Shown piece after piece: positions 10,293 through 19,769 of a DNA stretch of 64,000 bases (its first letter is position 1; each line of letters opens with the position of its first letter). A program made the translations under genes and the position numbers. This DNA comes from a bacterium. Lineage in GTDB: Bacteria > Patescibacteriota > Patescibacteriia > UBA1558 > UBA10009. The stretch is from NCBI GenBank assembly GCA_018672055.1, contig JABHGM010000001.1:136884-200883 (forward strand), written 5' to 3'. Below the pieces are notes generated by a model that did not search any database, was not told the DNA's origin, and saw only the letters and a program-made list of their open reading frames with translations.

Positions 10293-10850
10293 ATGAAAAA
10301 AATACATAAAAACTATAGGAAAATAGCTAAAAAAGCCACATTATTTATTAATAAATATTGGCCTATCTTTATGCTTGTTTTCATGCTTAATTTCTGTTTA
10401 CCTCATTTAGCTTTAGCTAAAAATATTGAAGTAATGCCTATATCTCAATTACCTCTTGAAGCTGGCAGAACTGAAGTAATTAAAAAAATTCCAACATTAC
10501 CAGGATTACCTATAATTGAAATAAAAGATCCACGTTGGACAGTAAATATTGCAGTTTCTGCATATAATTCATTACCTGGTCAAACTGACTCCACTCCATG
10601 TATTACTGCATCTAATCTTGATGTTTGTGAAAGATTTGAAAAATTAGGTGAAGAAGATGTTATTGCTACTAATTTCTGGAGATTACCCTTTGGAACTAAA
10701 GTAAGATTTCCTGACTTATTCGGTGATAAAATATTTACCATTGAAGATAGAATGAATCGTAGATATAATCAAACAGCAGATATCTGGATGGAAGAGTATT
10801 CTGATGCTAAGAAATTTGGTCGTAAATGGACTCAAATGGAAATACTATAA
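10293..10850 (+). CDS. Exported 3D-domain protein (peptidoglycan lytic transglycosylase-like)
   Basis: N-terminal signal/TM; SAYNS..GQTDSTPCITA, LPFGTKV, IEDRM, ADIWM, AKKFGRK. Confidence 0.8.
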   Translation: MKKIHKNYRKIAKKATLFINKYWPIFMLVFMLNFCLPHLALAKNIEVMPISQLPLEAGRTEVIKKIPTLPGLPIIEIKDPRWTVNIAVSAYNSLPGQTDSTPCITASNLDVCERFEKLGEEDVIATNFWRLPFGTKVRFPDLFGDKIFTIEDRMNRRYNQTADIWMEEYSDAKKFGRKWTQMEIL

Positions 10851-10868
10851 TTTAAATATATTAAATAA

Positions 10869-10900
10869 TAAAAAACTCTTAAATAATTTAAGAGTTTTTT
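10869..10900. terminator. Bidirectional terminator
   Basis: AAAAAACTCTTAAA...TTTAAGAGTTTTTT between convergent 3D gene and tRNA-Cys. Confidence 0.7.
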
Positions 10901-10903
10901 ATT

Positions 10904-10978
10904 TGGAGGCCTGGACTGGGATCGAACCAGCGAATGGCGGTTTTGCAAACCGATGCCTTACCACTTGGCTACCAGGCC
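10904..10978 (-). tRNA. tRNA-Cys (GCA)
   Basis: Reverse complement GGCCTGG...CCAGGCC-T-CCA; anticodon loop TTGCAAA. Confidence 0.94.
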
Positions 10979-11068
10979 GTTAATCTACACTTATATATAT
11001 CAAATATATGGATAAAAATCAAGATATAAAAAAGGAGCAGAACGAGCCACTCCTTTAAATTTTTTCAA

Positions 11069-11440
11069 TTAACATAGAAATATAATTTCAATGAGGCTTA
11101 CATTTATACCAAACTTCTCAATAAATCTAGAAAAACTTTCTTTTAGTCCCTTGTCAAACTGTAGTTTCTCTTTCTCGGTTATATTATTATTAATTATTAT
11201 TGTGAATTTCATTTTGCCATGTTTGGTTTTACTCATAACTTCAATATTTATTGACTCTCTAGAATAATTTATCTCAGCAGATGGCAATTCTTCAAATTCA
11301 TCCGTAAATTCATCTAGGTAAAGTGGGCAACGCCTAACAGCTTGAATTAATTCATTATTTAAATCTTTCTTAAACGTTTCATCAACAATACTACCTGAAC
11401 TTGATGGCATACCATGTATATGTATTTCGAAACTTCTCAT
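11069..11440 (-). CDS. Hypothetical protein, stand-alone cassette
   Basis: Probable start MRSFEIH at 11440 (SD GAGGA upstream) rather than the TTG at 11470; TTGACA at 11508-11503; hairpin 11031-11056 downstream. Confidence 0.6.
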   Translation of the reverse strand: MRSFEIHIHGMPSSSGSIVDETFKKDLNNELIQAVRRCPLYLDEFTDEFEELPSAEINYSRESINIEVMSKTKHGKMKFTIIINNNITEKEKLQFDKGLKESFSRFIEKFGINVSLIEIIFLC

Positions 11441-11547
11441 TTCTATTTCCTCTTTTTTATTAAATAACAATAATATAGTAAATTACCATATAATAACTAT
11501 TGTGTCAATACTTAGCTAAAATCAATAAAAAATGATAAAATGGGCGT

Positions 11548-12039
11548 ATGAAACAAGCCTTACTTATAGTTGATGTACAGAATTATTTCATCAATAAATA
11601 TACTCAAAAAATACCTAATTTAATTAAAACACTAATTGAAGAAAATAGCTTTAAAACTATTATTTTTTCGCAATTCATAAATACTCCAGATAGTTTATTT
11701 GTTACTGAACAAGACTTTACTGGTTGTCTAAAATCTCCATATATTGATATTGTTGACGAGTTAAAACCATGGTTAAAAAAAGATAATCTATTTACTAAAT
11801 GTGCCTACTCTGTATTTACAAATCCTAAATTTAATAAATATTTAAAAAAGAATAAAATAGAAGAATTAGTTATTGTAGGACTAGATACAGATTTTTGTGT
11901 TTTAGCTGACTGCTTTAATGCTTTTGACAAGGGATATAAAATAAGTGTTGTTTCTAATTGTACTGCTAGCTATACTTCTGGATCAGAAGGCACTAAACAT
12001 GCTTTAAATATAATAAAAGATATTGGTAAAATAATATAA
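11548..12039 (+). CDS. Isochorismatase-family cysteine hydrolase
   Basis: ALLIVDVQNYF, K..YS.F, GLDTDFCV (Asp-Lys-Cys triad). Confidence 0.88.
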   Translation: MKQALLIVDVQNYFINKYTQKIPNLIKTLIEENSFKTIIFSQFINTPDSLFVTEQDFTGCLKSPYIDIVDELKPWLKKDNLFTKCAYSVFTNPKFNKYLKKNKIEELVIVGLDTDFCVLADCFNAFDKGYKISVVSNCTASYTSGSEGTKHALNIIKDIGKII

Positions 12040-14783
12040 TGCCTAAAAAAGAAAAATTTATTATCATCGATGGTAACGCTCTTCTGCATAGAGCCTTCCA
12101 TGCCCTACCTCCAATGACTACGTCTGACGGAACGTTAGTTAATGCTGTTTACGGCTTTACTTCAATTCTTTTAAAAATTATTAAAGAGTTAAAACCTGAT
12201 TATTTATGTGCTTCTTTTGATAGAAAAGGTACTACTCTTCGAGCTCAAGAATTTAAAGAGTATAAGGCGCAACGTAAAAAACAACCTGATGAATTATATG
12301 CTCAAATACCTTTAATAGAAAATGTCTTAGAAGCTTTTAATATACCTGTAGTTGATTCTGAGAAAGCCGGCTATGAAGCAGATGATGTTATTGGTAGTGT
12401 AGTTACCGAATTAAAAGGTAAAAATATTTTAAGTACTATTGTTACTGGAGATTTAGATGCTTTACAACTAGTAGACAAACAAACAGAAGTCTTTACTTTA
12501 AGAAAAGGTATTTCCGATACTATTACCTATGATCCTAGTACAGTTTTTGAAAGATATTCCTTAAAACCAGATCAATTAATTGATTACAAGGCGCTACGAG
12601 GTGATCCTTCAGATAATATACCTGGAGTTCGTGGTATTGGTGAAAAGACTGCTACCGGGCTAATTAAAGCCTTTAAAACACTAGATAAGCTATATGAAGG
12701 CATTGATAAAGATGATAAGAAGTTAGGTGAATTTAAAGAGCGTATTATTAATCTACTTAAAGATAATAAGAAAGAAGCGTATTTAAGCAAAAAACTAGTT
12801 ACCATTGAAACTAATTTACCAACTAATTTTAAACTTAAAGATACAGCTCTAAATGGATTTGATACAAAAAAAATTATTAAATTATTTAGTAAATTAGAAT
12901 TTAATAGTTTACTCACTAAGATTCCTCAAAGTATGACTGGTCAGATTAATTTAGCACATAAACAGAATCAAATGGAATTCGCTAAAATTGAAACTCAAAC
13001 TAAAGATACAAAATTAAAATATACTCTAATTGATACTGATCAAAAATTTAAAGACTTTTTAAATAAAATAAGTAAAGTAAAAGAATTTGCCGTTGATACT
13101 GAGACTACTTCATTAAATATTTGGCAAGCTAAACTATTAGGTATTAGTTTTTCCTGGAATCATGATGTTGGTTACTATGTAGTAAATAATAAAAAGTATT
13201 TAAAAGACTTAAAACCTATACTAGAAGATCCTCAAATTAAAAAAGTTGGTCATCATTTAAAATATGATTACGGAATTCTCTCAAATTATGATATCTATTT
13301 AAAAGGTATTTCTTTCGATACTCTGCTAGCTGCCTATTTACTAACTTCAGGAAGTCGTAATTTAGATTTAGATAGTTTAGTATTTGCAGAATGTGAACAT
13401 AAAATGCAATCTATTGAAGAATTAATTGGACCAAGAGGTAAAAATCAATTAACTCTAGATAAAATACCTTTAGAAGAAGTGTCTTGGTATGCCTGTGAAG
13501 ATGCTGATTTTACATTAAAGCTATCTACTAAGCTCAAACCAAGAATGGATGATATAGCTGATATGGGTCTTTTAAAAAAATTGGAAATTCCTTTAATTTC
13601 TGTACTTTCTAAAATGGAAAAACAAGGTATTTTAGTAGATAAAACATTTTTAAAAAAATTAGATACTAAATTTACAAATGAATTGAAGAAAATTAAGAAA
13701 AAGATATATAAATTTGCTGGATCTGAATTTAACATTGCTTCTCCCCTTCAATTAAAAGAAATACTATTTGAAAAATTAAATATTTCTTCAGCTGGTTTAA
13801 AAAGAACTAAAACTGGTATTTCAACAGCAGCTGGTGAACTTGAAAAAATGAAAGACAGACACGCCATTATTCCTTTAATATCTCAGTTTAGAGAATATTC
13901 TAAACTACAAAATACATATACTCGTTCCCTGCAAGATGATTTAGATAAGAATAATAGGATACATACTACATTTAATCAAACTATTACTGCAACAGGTAGA
14001 TTATCTTCTTCAAAGCCTAATTTACAAAACATTCCAATTAGAACAGAGCTAGGCAGAGAAATAAGGAAAGCTTTTATAGCACCGCCTGGTTTTGAATTAA
14101 TTGCAGCTGATTATTCTCAAATAGAACTTAGAGTTATTGCTTCACTTGCTAATGATAAAAAAATGATTTCATACTTTAAACGTGGTGATGATATTCATAA
14201 AAGAACAGCAGCTAATATAAATAAAAAAGACATGAAAGATGTTACCTTTGAAGAAAGATATGCTGCTAAAGAAATTAACTTTGGCATAATATATGGTTTA
14301 GGTGCCAGAGGTTTAGCTCAAAGAACAGAACTAGATCACAGTGAAGCTAAAGCATATATTGAAGCATATTATAAGTTACATCCAAGTGTTAAAAAATGGC
14401 TTGTTGAAACTAAAGATATTGCTAGTGAACTAGGCTATGTAGAAACATTATTAGGTAGACGTAGATACTTGCCTGATATTAACTCAGGAGTACCTATGAT
14501 ACGAGCATCAGCTGAAAGAATGGCTACTAATGCTCCAATCCAAGGTACGGCAGCTGATCTACTTAAAATGGCTATGATAGAAATAGATAAAGAACTTAAT
14601 GATATTTCAACTAAAACTAATATGTTACTTACAGTACATGATGAAATAGTATTTGAAGTACCTAAAAAAGATACTAAAAAGGTTACTAAGTTTATTAAAA
14701 ATAAAATGGAAAATATATATAAATTAAGAGTACCAATTAAAGTAGATATTCACTCTGGTAAAAATTGGGGGGAATGTAAATAA
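12039..14783 (+). CDS. polA: DNA polymerase I (5'-3' exonuclease, 3'-5' exonuclease, polymerase)
   Basis: IDGNALLHRAFHA, EADDVIG, GDPSDNIPGV, VDTETT, TGRLSS..PNLQNIP, ADYSQIELR, VHDE. Confidence 0.98.
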   Translation: MPKKEKFIIIDGNALLHRAFHALPPMTTSDGTLVNAVYGFTSILLKIIKELKPDYLCASFDRKGTTLRAQEFKEYKAQRKKQPDELYAQIPLIENVLEAFNIPVVDSEKAGYEADDVIGSVVTELKGKNILSTIVTGDLDALQLVDKQTEVFTLRKGISDTITYDPSTVFERYSLKPDQLIDYKALRGDPSDNIPGVRGIGEKTATGLIKAFKTLDKLYEGIDKDDKKLGEFKERIINLLKDNKKEAYLSKKLVTIETNLPTNFKLKDTALNGFDTKKIIKLFSKLEFNSLLTKIPQSMTGQINLAHKQNQMEFAKIETQTKDTKLKYTLIDTDQKFKDFLNKISKVKEFAVDTETTSLNIWQAKLLGISFSWNHDVGYYVVNNKKYLKDLKPILEDPQIKKVGHHLKYDYGILSNYDIYLKGISFDTLLAAYLLTSGSRNLDLDSLVFAECEHKMQSIEELIGPRGKNQLTLDKIPLEEVSWYACEDADFTLKLSTKLKPRMDDIADMGLLKKLEIPLISVLSKMEKQGILVDKTFLKKLDTKFTNELKKIKKKIYKFAGSEFNIASPLQLKEILFEKLNISSAGLKRTKTGISTAAGELEKMKDRHAIIPLISQFREYSKLQNTYTRSLQDDLDKNNRIHTTFNQTITATGRLSSSKPNLQNIPIRTELGREIRKAFIAPPGFELIAADYSQIELRVIASLANDKKMISYFKRGDDIHKRTAANINKKDMKDVTFEERYAAKEINFGIIYGLGARGLAQRTELDHSEAKAYIEAYYKLHPSVKKWLVETKDIASELGYVETLLGRRRYLPDINSGVPMIRASAERMATNAPIQGTAADLLKMAMIEIDKELNDISTKTNMLLTVHDEIVFEVPKKDTKKVTKFIKNKMENIYKLRVPIKVDIHSGKNWGECK

Positions 14784-15241
14784 TGTTTTTAACAGTTCAT
14801 GCTTCAGCTGGAATATATATTGGCACAGTTATAACTAATCCTTGGCTAGCATTTATTCTTGCAATTATTTCTCATTTAATTTTAGATGCAGTGCCACATG
14901 GAGATGAAAATATAGGAAAAGAAACTGATAGAAAGAAAAAAATAATTAAATTAAGTATCATAGCCTTTGTAGATACGCTAGGCGTAGTAATTTTATACTA
15001 CTTCTTAACTTCATACTTTATTACACCATCCCCAGCTATTATATTAGGTATCATTGGTTCAATCATGCCTGATTATCTTTGGGGTGTATATGAATTAACT
15101 AAGAACAAAATATTAGGCTGGATATCAATCCATATATTAAGCTATTTTCATAATATTCTACACACCAGAGTATCACTCCCTGTAGGCATGTTAATCCAAG
15201 CTTTAACTCTATTATTCTTTATCACTCTTGTTATTTTATGA
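14783..15241 (+). CDS. Membrane-bound metal-dependent hydrolase-like protein
   Basis: TVH...G, SHLILDAVPH, PD, FH...H motifs in a multi-TM protein. Confidence 0.6.
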   Translation: MFLTVHASAGIYIGTVITNPWLAFILAIISHLILDAVPHGDENIGKETDRKKKIIKLSIIAFVDTLGVVILYYFLTSYFITPSPAIILGIIGSIMPDYLWGVYELTKNKILGWISIHILSYFHNILHTRVSLPVGMLIQALTLLFFITLVIL

Positions 15242-15813
15242 AAATAAAACGTAGATGCGCTTGGACTAATCAAAAAAATGAACTATATATAAAATACCAT
15301 GATGAAGATTGGGGCGTGCCTATTCATGATGATCAAAAACTTTTTGAAATGATAGTTCTTGAAGGAGCTCAAGCAGGTCTTTCCTGGGAAACAGTTTTGA
15401 AAAAAAGAAAAAATTATAAGAAAGCTTTTAATAATTTTGATCCAAAAAAAGTATCTAAGTATAATGAGAAAAAAATAGAAGAGTTACTACAGAATGAAGG
15501 AATAATTCGAAATCGCTTAAAAATAAGATCAGCTATTCAAAATGCAAAAAGCTTTTTAAAAATTCAAAAAGAATTCAAAAGCTTTAATAAATATATCTGG
15601 AGTTTTGTAGATAATAAGCCAATTAAAAATAAATTTAAATCTTTTTCTGAAATACCAGCAAAAACTGAGCTTTCTGACAAAATATCTAAAGATTTAAAAA
15701 TAAGGGGTATGAATTTTGTTGGCTCAACTATAATTTATGCTTTTATGCAATCTACAGGATTAGTTAATGATCATGAAGTCTCATGCTTTAGATATAAGGA
15801 AGTAAATAAATAA
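15238..15813 (+). CDS. tag: DNA-3-methyladenine glycosylase I
   Basis: RCAW, YHDEDWG, LEGAQAGLSW, IIRNRLKI, FVGSTIIYAFMQ..G.VNDH..SC. Confidence 0.95.
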   Translation: MKIKRRCAWTNQKNELYIKYHDEDWGVPIHDDQKLFEMIVLEGAQAGLSWETVLKKRKNYKKAFNNFDPKKVSKYNEKKIEELLQNEGIIRNRLKIRSAIQNAKSFLKIQKEFKSFNKYIWSFVDNKPIKNKFKSFSEIPAKTELSDKISKDLKIRGMNFVGSTIIYAFMQSTGLVNDHEVSCFRYKEVNK

Positions 15814-15870
15814 TAAAAAGTTAAATAAATTGACTTTTATCCTCAATATACTAAACTATTATCACCTATT

Positions 15871-16821
15871 ATGATTTTATTCCTATGGGGTGAAGATAGT
15901 TATAGATCTCACCAAAAGTTAAAAAAAATTAAAGAAAAGTTTCAACAAGAAAGAGATCCCTCTGGTCTTAATATTGTAGTACTTGAAGGAGATAAATTTG
16001 ATTTAGAAAAATTTAATAATGCTGCTGTCCAGCAGGGTTTTATAGTTAGTAAAAGATTAATTATAATCAAAAATCTTTTAATGAATAAACCTAATAAAGA
16101 ACTAGTTGATAGTTTAATAGAAATACTAGATAGAATAAAAGATGGTGATAATGTATTTATCTTCTATGAACAAGGCGCACCTGATAAAAGAAATAAGCTA
16201 TATAAATATTTATCTAAAGATAAAAAATTATCTGAAGAATTTTCTACACTAACACCATTTGAACTTGAGAGTTGGGTAAAAGAATATATTAAAATTAATA
16301 ATGGTAAAGTAGAAAAAAAAGCTATTAATCTTTTAATTAGCTTTGTAGGAAATAATTTATGGCAACTTAGTAATGAGCTTGATAAATTAATATCATTTAA
16401 AAATAAAGGTGTTATTTTAGAAAAAGATATCGAAAACATGGTTCAAGCTAAACTTGATGAAAATATTTTTGGTTTAGTTGATGCTATTTCAAATAATAAT
16501 AAATCTTTGGCTCTAAAATTATTAACTGAACAATTTGAAGTTGGTTTAAATGAAATATATATCTTTTCTATGATAACTAGACAATTTAGAATACTTTCAA
16601 TTCTAGCTTCTTTAAAAAGTCAAAAATTAAGTGAAGTAGAAATAGTTAAATTAACTAAATTACATCCATATGTTGTTAAAAAACTACTTCCTGTTTCTAG
16701 TAAATTTAAATTTCAAAGATTACAAGATATATATAACAAATTAACTGAAATAGATTTGAAACTTAAATCTACTTCACTGCCTCCTCAAACATTAATTGAT
16801 CTATTTATTCAAGAAATATAA
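15871..16821 (+). CDS. holA: DNA polymerase III delta subunit
   Basis: LFLWGED.Y, PDKR.KLYK, NELDKL, IFGLVDAI, RQFR.L, LHPYV; convergent with rpsT. Confidence 0.9.
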   Translation: MILFLWGEDSYRSHQKLKKIKEKFQQERDPSGLNIVVLEGDKFDLEKFNNAAVQQGFIVSKRLIIIKNLLMNKPNKELVDSLIEILDRIKDGDNVFIFYEQGAPDKRNKLYKYLSKDKKLSEEFSTLTPFELESWVKEYIKINNGKVEKKAINLLISFVGNNLWQLSNELDKLISFKNKGVILEKDIENMVQAKLDENIFGLVDAISNNNKSLALKLLTEQFEVGLNEIYIFSMITRQFRILSILASLKSQKLSEVEIVKLTKLHPYVVKKLLPVSSKFKFQRLQDIYNKLTEIDLKLKSTSLPPQTLIDLFIQEI

Positions 16822-16844
16822 AATCCCTCATGAATGAGGGATTT
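16821..16844. terminator. Bidirectional terminator holA/rpsT
   Basis: AAATCCCTCAT-GA-ATGAGGGATTT inverted repeat. Confidence 0.7.
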
Positions 16845-16860
16845 AAATTTAATATGTATA

Positions 16861-17130
16861 TTATTTCTTAACTGCTTTTTTTACTTTCTTAGCTAATCTT
16901 GATTTCTTACGATTACCTGTATTTTTCTTAAGCCATCCTGTCTTAACTGCTTTATCTATAGCTTTTTGATATGTAAGAGATATTTTTTTTACTTCATCAA
17001 GTTTAGAATCATCTACAGCTTTAATAGCTTTTTTAAGAAGTTCTTTAATATTTCTCTTTTCATTAGCATTTTTAAGAGCCTTCTTCTTAGAAGACTTTAA
17101 ATCTTTAATTGCTGCTTTTTTTACTGGCAT
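16861..17130 (-). CDS. rpsT: 30S ribosomal protein S20
   Basis: MPVKKAAIK..., YQKAIDKAVKTGWLKKNTGNRKKSRL. Confidence 0.93.
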   Translation of the reverse strand: MPVKKAAIKDLKSSKKKALKNANEKRNIKELLKKAIKAVDDSKLDEVKKISLTYQKAIDKAVKTGWLKKNTGNRKKSRLAKKVKKAVKK

Positions 17131-17202
17131 AATTGTTGTTTAATGTTTATACTTAAGTAAGACGATACTAACATATATAATAAATTAAATCAAGGGTCAT
17201 CT

Positions 17203-17667
17203 ATGAATATTAAAAATTGGTTTAAATCTAAGCCAATGTGGTTAAAAAGCGCATTAATAACTTATAGTTTAAATATTATACCGGCTTTGCTTTTTCTATA
17301 TTACATATACTTAGATACTAACGGCTTTGATGCACTCGGTATGTTGATATTATTAATTTGTGGCTTAATCATACTTTTTCCTATTGGGGCAATAATTGGT
17401 ATTTTCATAGACAAAATTAACAAAACCAAGCACCATAAAAACTATAAAATATTATGCTCCTTAATTGCTTCTATTTTATTTTTAGCATTACATTTTTCCA
17501 AGTTAATCATTACTTTGATAACTAATAGACGAAAATTTAATTTTGGATTTAGTTTATATGATTTACGAAGTTTACTTACATTCATAATAACTGGATTGAT
17601 TATTGGTTATATTATTGATCTTGTAATAAAATGTAAAACAAAATCTAACCAAAAATATGATAGTTAA
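17203..17667 (+). CDS. Hypothetical membrane protein (internal two-fold TM-pair repeat)
   Basis: 154 aa; repeated IGAIIGIFIDKI / TGLIIGYIIDLV pattern. Confidence 0.6.
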   Translation: MNIKNWFKSKPMWLKSALITYSLNIIPALLFLYYIYLDTNGFDALGMLILLICGLIILFPIGAIIGIFIDKINKTKHHKNYKILCSLIASILFLALHFSKLIITLITNRRKFNFGFSLYDLRSLLTFIITGLIIGYIIDLVIKCKTKSNQKYDS

Positions 17668-17902
17668 ATATATCTCTTACAATAAACAGCTTAAAATAGC
17701 AGAAGACCTATATAGTATGTCAGATTCTATTGAAGCAGCTAAACGTTTAGAAAAAGACTATAATATTACTATAAAATATGGTAAATCAGTTAAACTAAGA
17801 CCATTTGCTAGAAAATTAAATAAAACTAGATTTTTTAATCATAAAATAGAAAAATCTATTTTAAAACATACGGGTAATGAAATTGACTTAAATAAATTAT
17901 AG
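17657..17902 (+). CDS. Hypothetical basic protein
   Basis: 81 aa ORF overlapping the upstream stop, coupled to the next gene. Confidence 0.55.
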   Translation: MIVKYISYNKQLKIAEDLYSMSDSIEAAKRLEKDYNITIKYGKSVKLRPFARKLNKTRFFNHKIEKSILKHTGNEIDLNKL

Positions 17903-17903
17903 T

Positions 17904-18395
17904 ATGGATCAAGAACAAAATAATCCTAGAAAATCAGCTGCAGATGATATTAATATTGATCAAATCGGTCAAGGTAATCTATATTCCAAAGGTGCTTCAA
18001 GTGGCGGGTCAGGTAATAAAGGCTGGGGTCTTAAAGGTCAATTATCTCAATATAGAAAAAGAGGCGGGAGAACAGAAACTAAGAATCTATCAAAACAGAA
18101 TCTTGATGATATGGAAAATTTGATTTCTAGTCGTATAAAAGGTAATTCTAGTAGATCTTCAGCTATTGTGTCTAGACAGGATAGTCTAAATATAATGAAA
18201 AAAGCTGAAGAGCTAGTTAAGACTGAGGGTAGTAATTTTACTAGGCAGGATAAAGAAGATTTAAAAAATGTTGTCAGTACTATGCGAATTAAAAGTCGTC
18301 AAGCACTTAGATCTAGACCTTTAAACAATACTAATGAATTAAAAAACAGTAGTTCAACTACTGTTAGTGATATTAATGAATTCTTAGTAGATTGA
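17904..18395 (+). CDS. Hypothetical protein
   Basis: 163 aa hydrophilic ORF filling the gap up to the convergent truB stop. Confidence 0.65.
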   Translation: MDQEQNNPRKSAADDINIDQIGQGNLYSKGASSGGSGNKGWGLKGQLSQYRKRGGRTETKNLSKQNLDDMENLISSRIKGNSSRSSAIVSRQDSLNIMKKAEELVKTEGSNFTRQDKEDLKNVVSTMRIKSRQALRSRPLNNTNELKNSSSTTVSDINEFLVD

Positions 18396-19514
18396 TTATT
18401 TTGCGCAGTACTCATTTATTACATCTATCCCTTCTAATGGTTTTATCCTATATTTAAAATAATTCTCTTTAGTAATATTATTAATTTTAATTGAATTGCT
18501 AGATTTAAAATCACCAATAGCAATTCTTTTTAATTCTTCAATATAGGCTCCTGTTTTTAACTTTTTACCAATATCATGAGCTAGTGTTCTAATATAGGTG
18601 CCTGTACTACACTTAACTCTTATTTTTAATAAATCATTCTTAAATTCTATTAATTCAATATTATATATTTCTATTGAACTTTTTTTTCTTTTTATTACTT
18701 TACCTTGTCTGGCTAAATCATATAGCTTTTTACCATTTACTTTTTTTGCTGAATACATTGGAGGTGTTTGTTTTTGTTTACCAATAAATTTATTTAAAAC
18801 TTTTTCTAATTTTTCTTTTGAAATATCTACCTCTTTCTCTTTGCTTATAGTACCTGTTCTATCGTAAGTATCAGAAATACCCCCTAATTTAATAGTTGCC
18901 TCATATTCTTTTGGTAATAGATCAAATATACCAACAAGCTTAGTAGCCTTAGAAACAGCACATATTAAAAGACCTGTAGCAAATGGATCTAGAGTACCTG
19001 TATGGCCAATTTGTTTTAAGTCTAAAATAGACCTTAATTTAGAAACAACATCATGTGAAGTCCATTCATCTTCTTTATCAATTAGTAAAAAACCAGCTTG
19101 TTCATCCAAATGTGCTTTTCGTAATTTTCTACCTTTACAATAATCTTCTTTAAAAGGCATTAACTCTTCTATTTTATAATGTAATTTTGAATTTAATCTT
19201 AAATCATACAAGCCTTTAACAAAGAATTGTTGATCATAACCTAAAGCCACTACATCAGGCTCTTCTTCTCTTATAATTTTATATGGATCCTTTAAGTCTC
19301 CTAAGATTACTTTATCAACTATTTTCAAGATTTTTAAATAGCTTAGTCTTTCCTCTTCATTAAAATGCGGTTTAAAACCTTTATGTTTTTCTACGTTCTT
19401 ATCTCTAGCAATTATTACAATTAAAAAATCCCCCAGTTCCTTAGCTTGTCTAATTGCATCAATATGACCTGGATGAAAAAAATCGAAAGTTCCCGTTAAT
19501 ATTACTTTTTTCAT
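18396..19514 (-). CDS. truB: Fusion: cytidylyltransferase-family (RibL/FAD synthase-like) domain + tRNA pseudouridine55 synthase TruB
   Basis: N-terminus GTFDFFHPGH, ARD, PDVVALGYDQ; C-terminus IDK..WTSHDVV, GHTGTLDPFATG, QTPPMYSAKKVNG, CSTGTYIRTL; one open frame. Confidence 0.9.
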   Translation of the reverse strand: MKKVILTGTFDFFHPGHIDAIRQAKELGDFLIVIIARDKNVEKHKGFKPHFNEEERLSYLKILKIVDKVILGDLKDPYKIIREEEPDVVALGYDQQFFVKGLYDLRLNSKLHYKIEELMPFKEDYCKGRKLRKAHLDEQAGFLLIDKEDEWTSHDVVSKLRSILDLKQIGHTGTLDPFATGLLICAVSKATKLVGIFDLLPKEYEATIKLGGISDTYDRTGTISKEKEVDISKEKLEKVLNKFIGKQKQTPPMYSAKKVNGKKLYDLARQGKVIKRKKSSIEIYNIELIEFKNDLLKIRVKCSTGTYIRTLAHDIGKKLKTGAYIEELKRIAIGDFKSSNSIKINNITKENYFKYRIKPLEGIDVINEYCAK

Positions 19515-19574
19515 ATATTTCTATTGTATCTTACTTACTAAAATTAACAAGTATTAAATCTAAAATACTACAAA

Positions 19575-19603
19575 TTGACAAAAATCGATAGATATGTTAC
19601 AAT
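19575..19603 (+). promoter_or_regulatory. Sigma70 promoter with extended -10
   Basis: TTGACA (19575-80), 17 nt, TGT-TACAAT (19598-603). Confidence 0.65.
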
Positions 19604-19769
19604 ATATAATTATTTTACCTCTGTTATTATAATGTAAATAGCATATAACCTCTATTTATATGTTGTAAAATAATGTGAAAGATTATTAACAAAGATATTT
19701 AATCTAGGCTGATTTAAACAAATCGTAGATTAAAATGTCGCTCATTGATAAACAAAGAAAGGAAAGATC

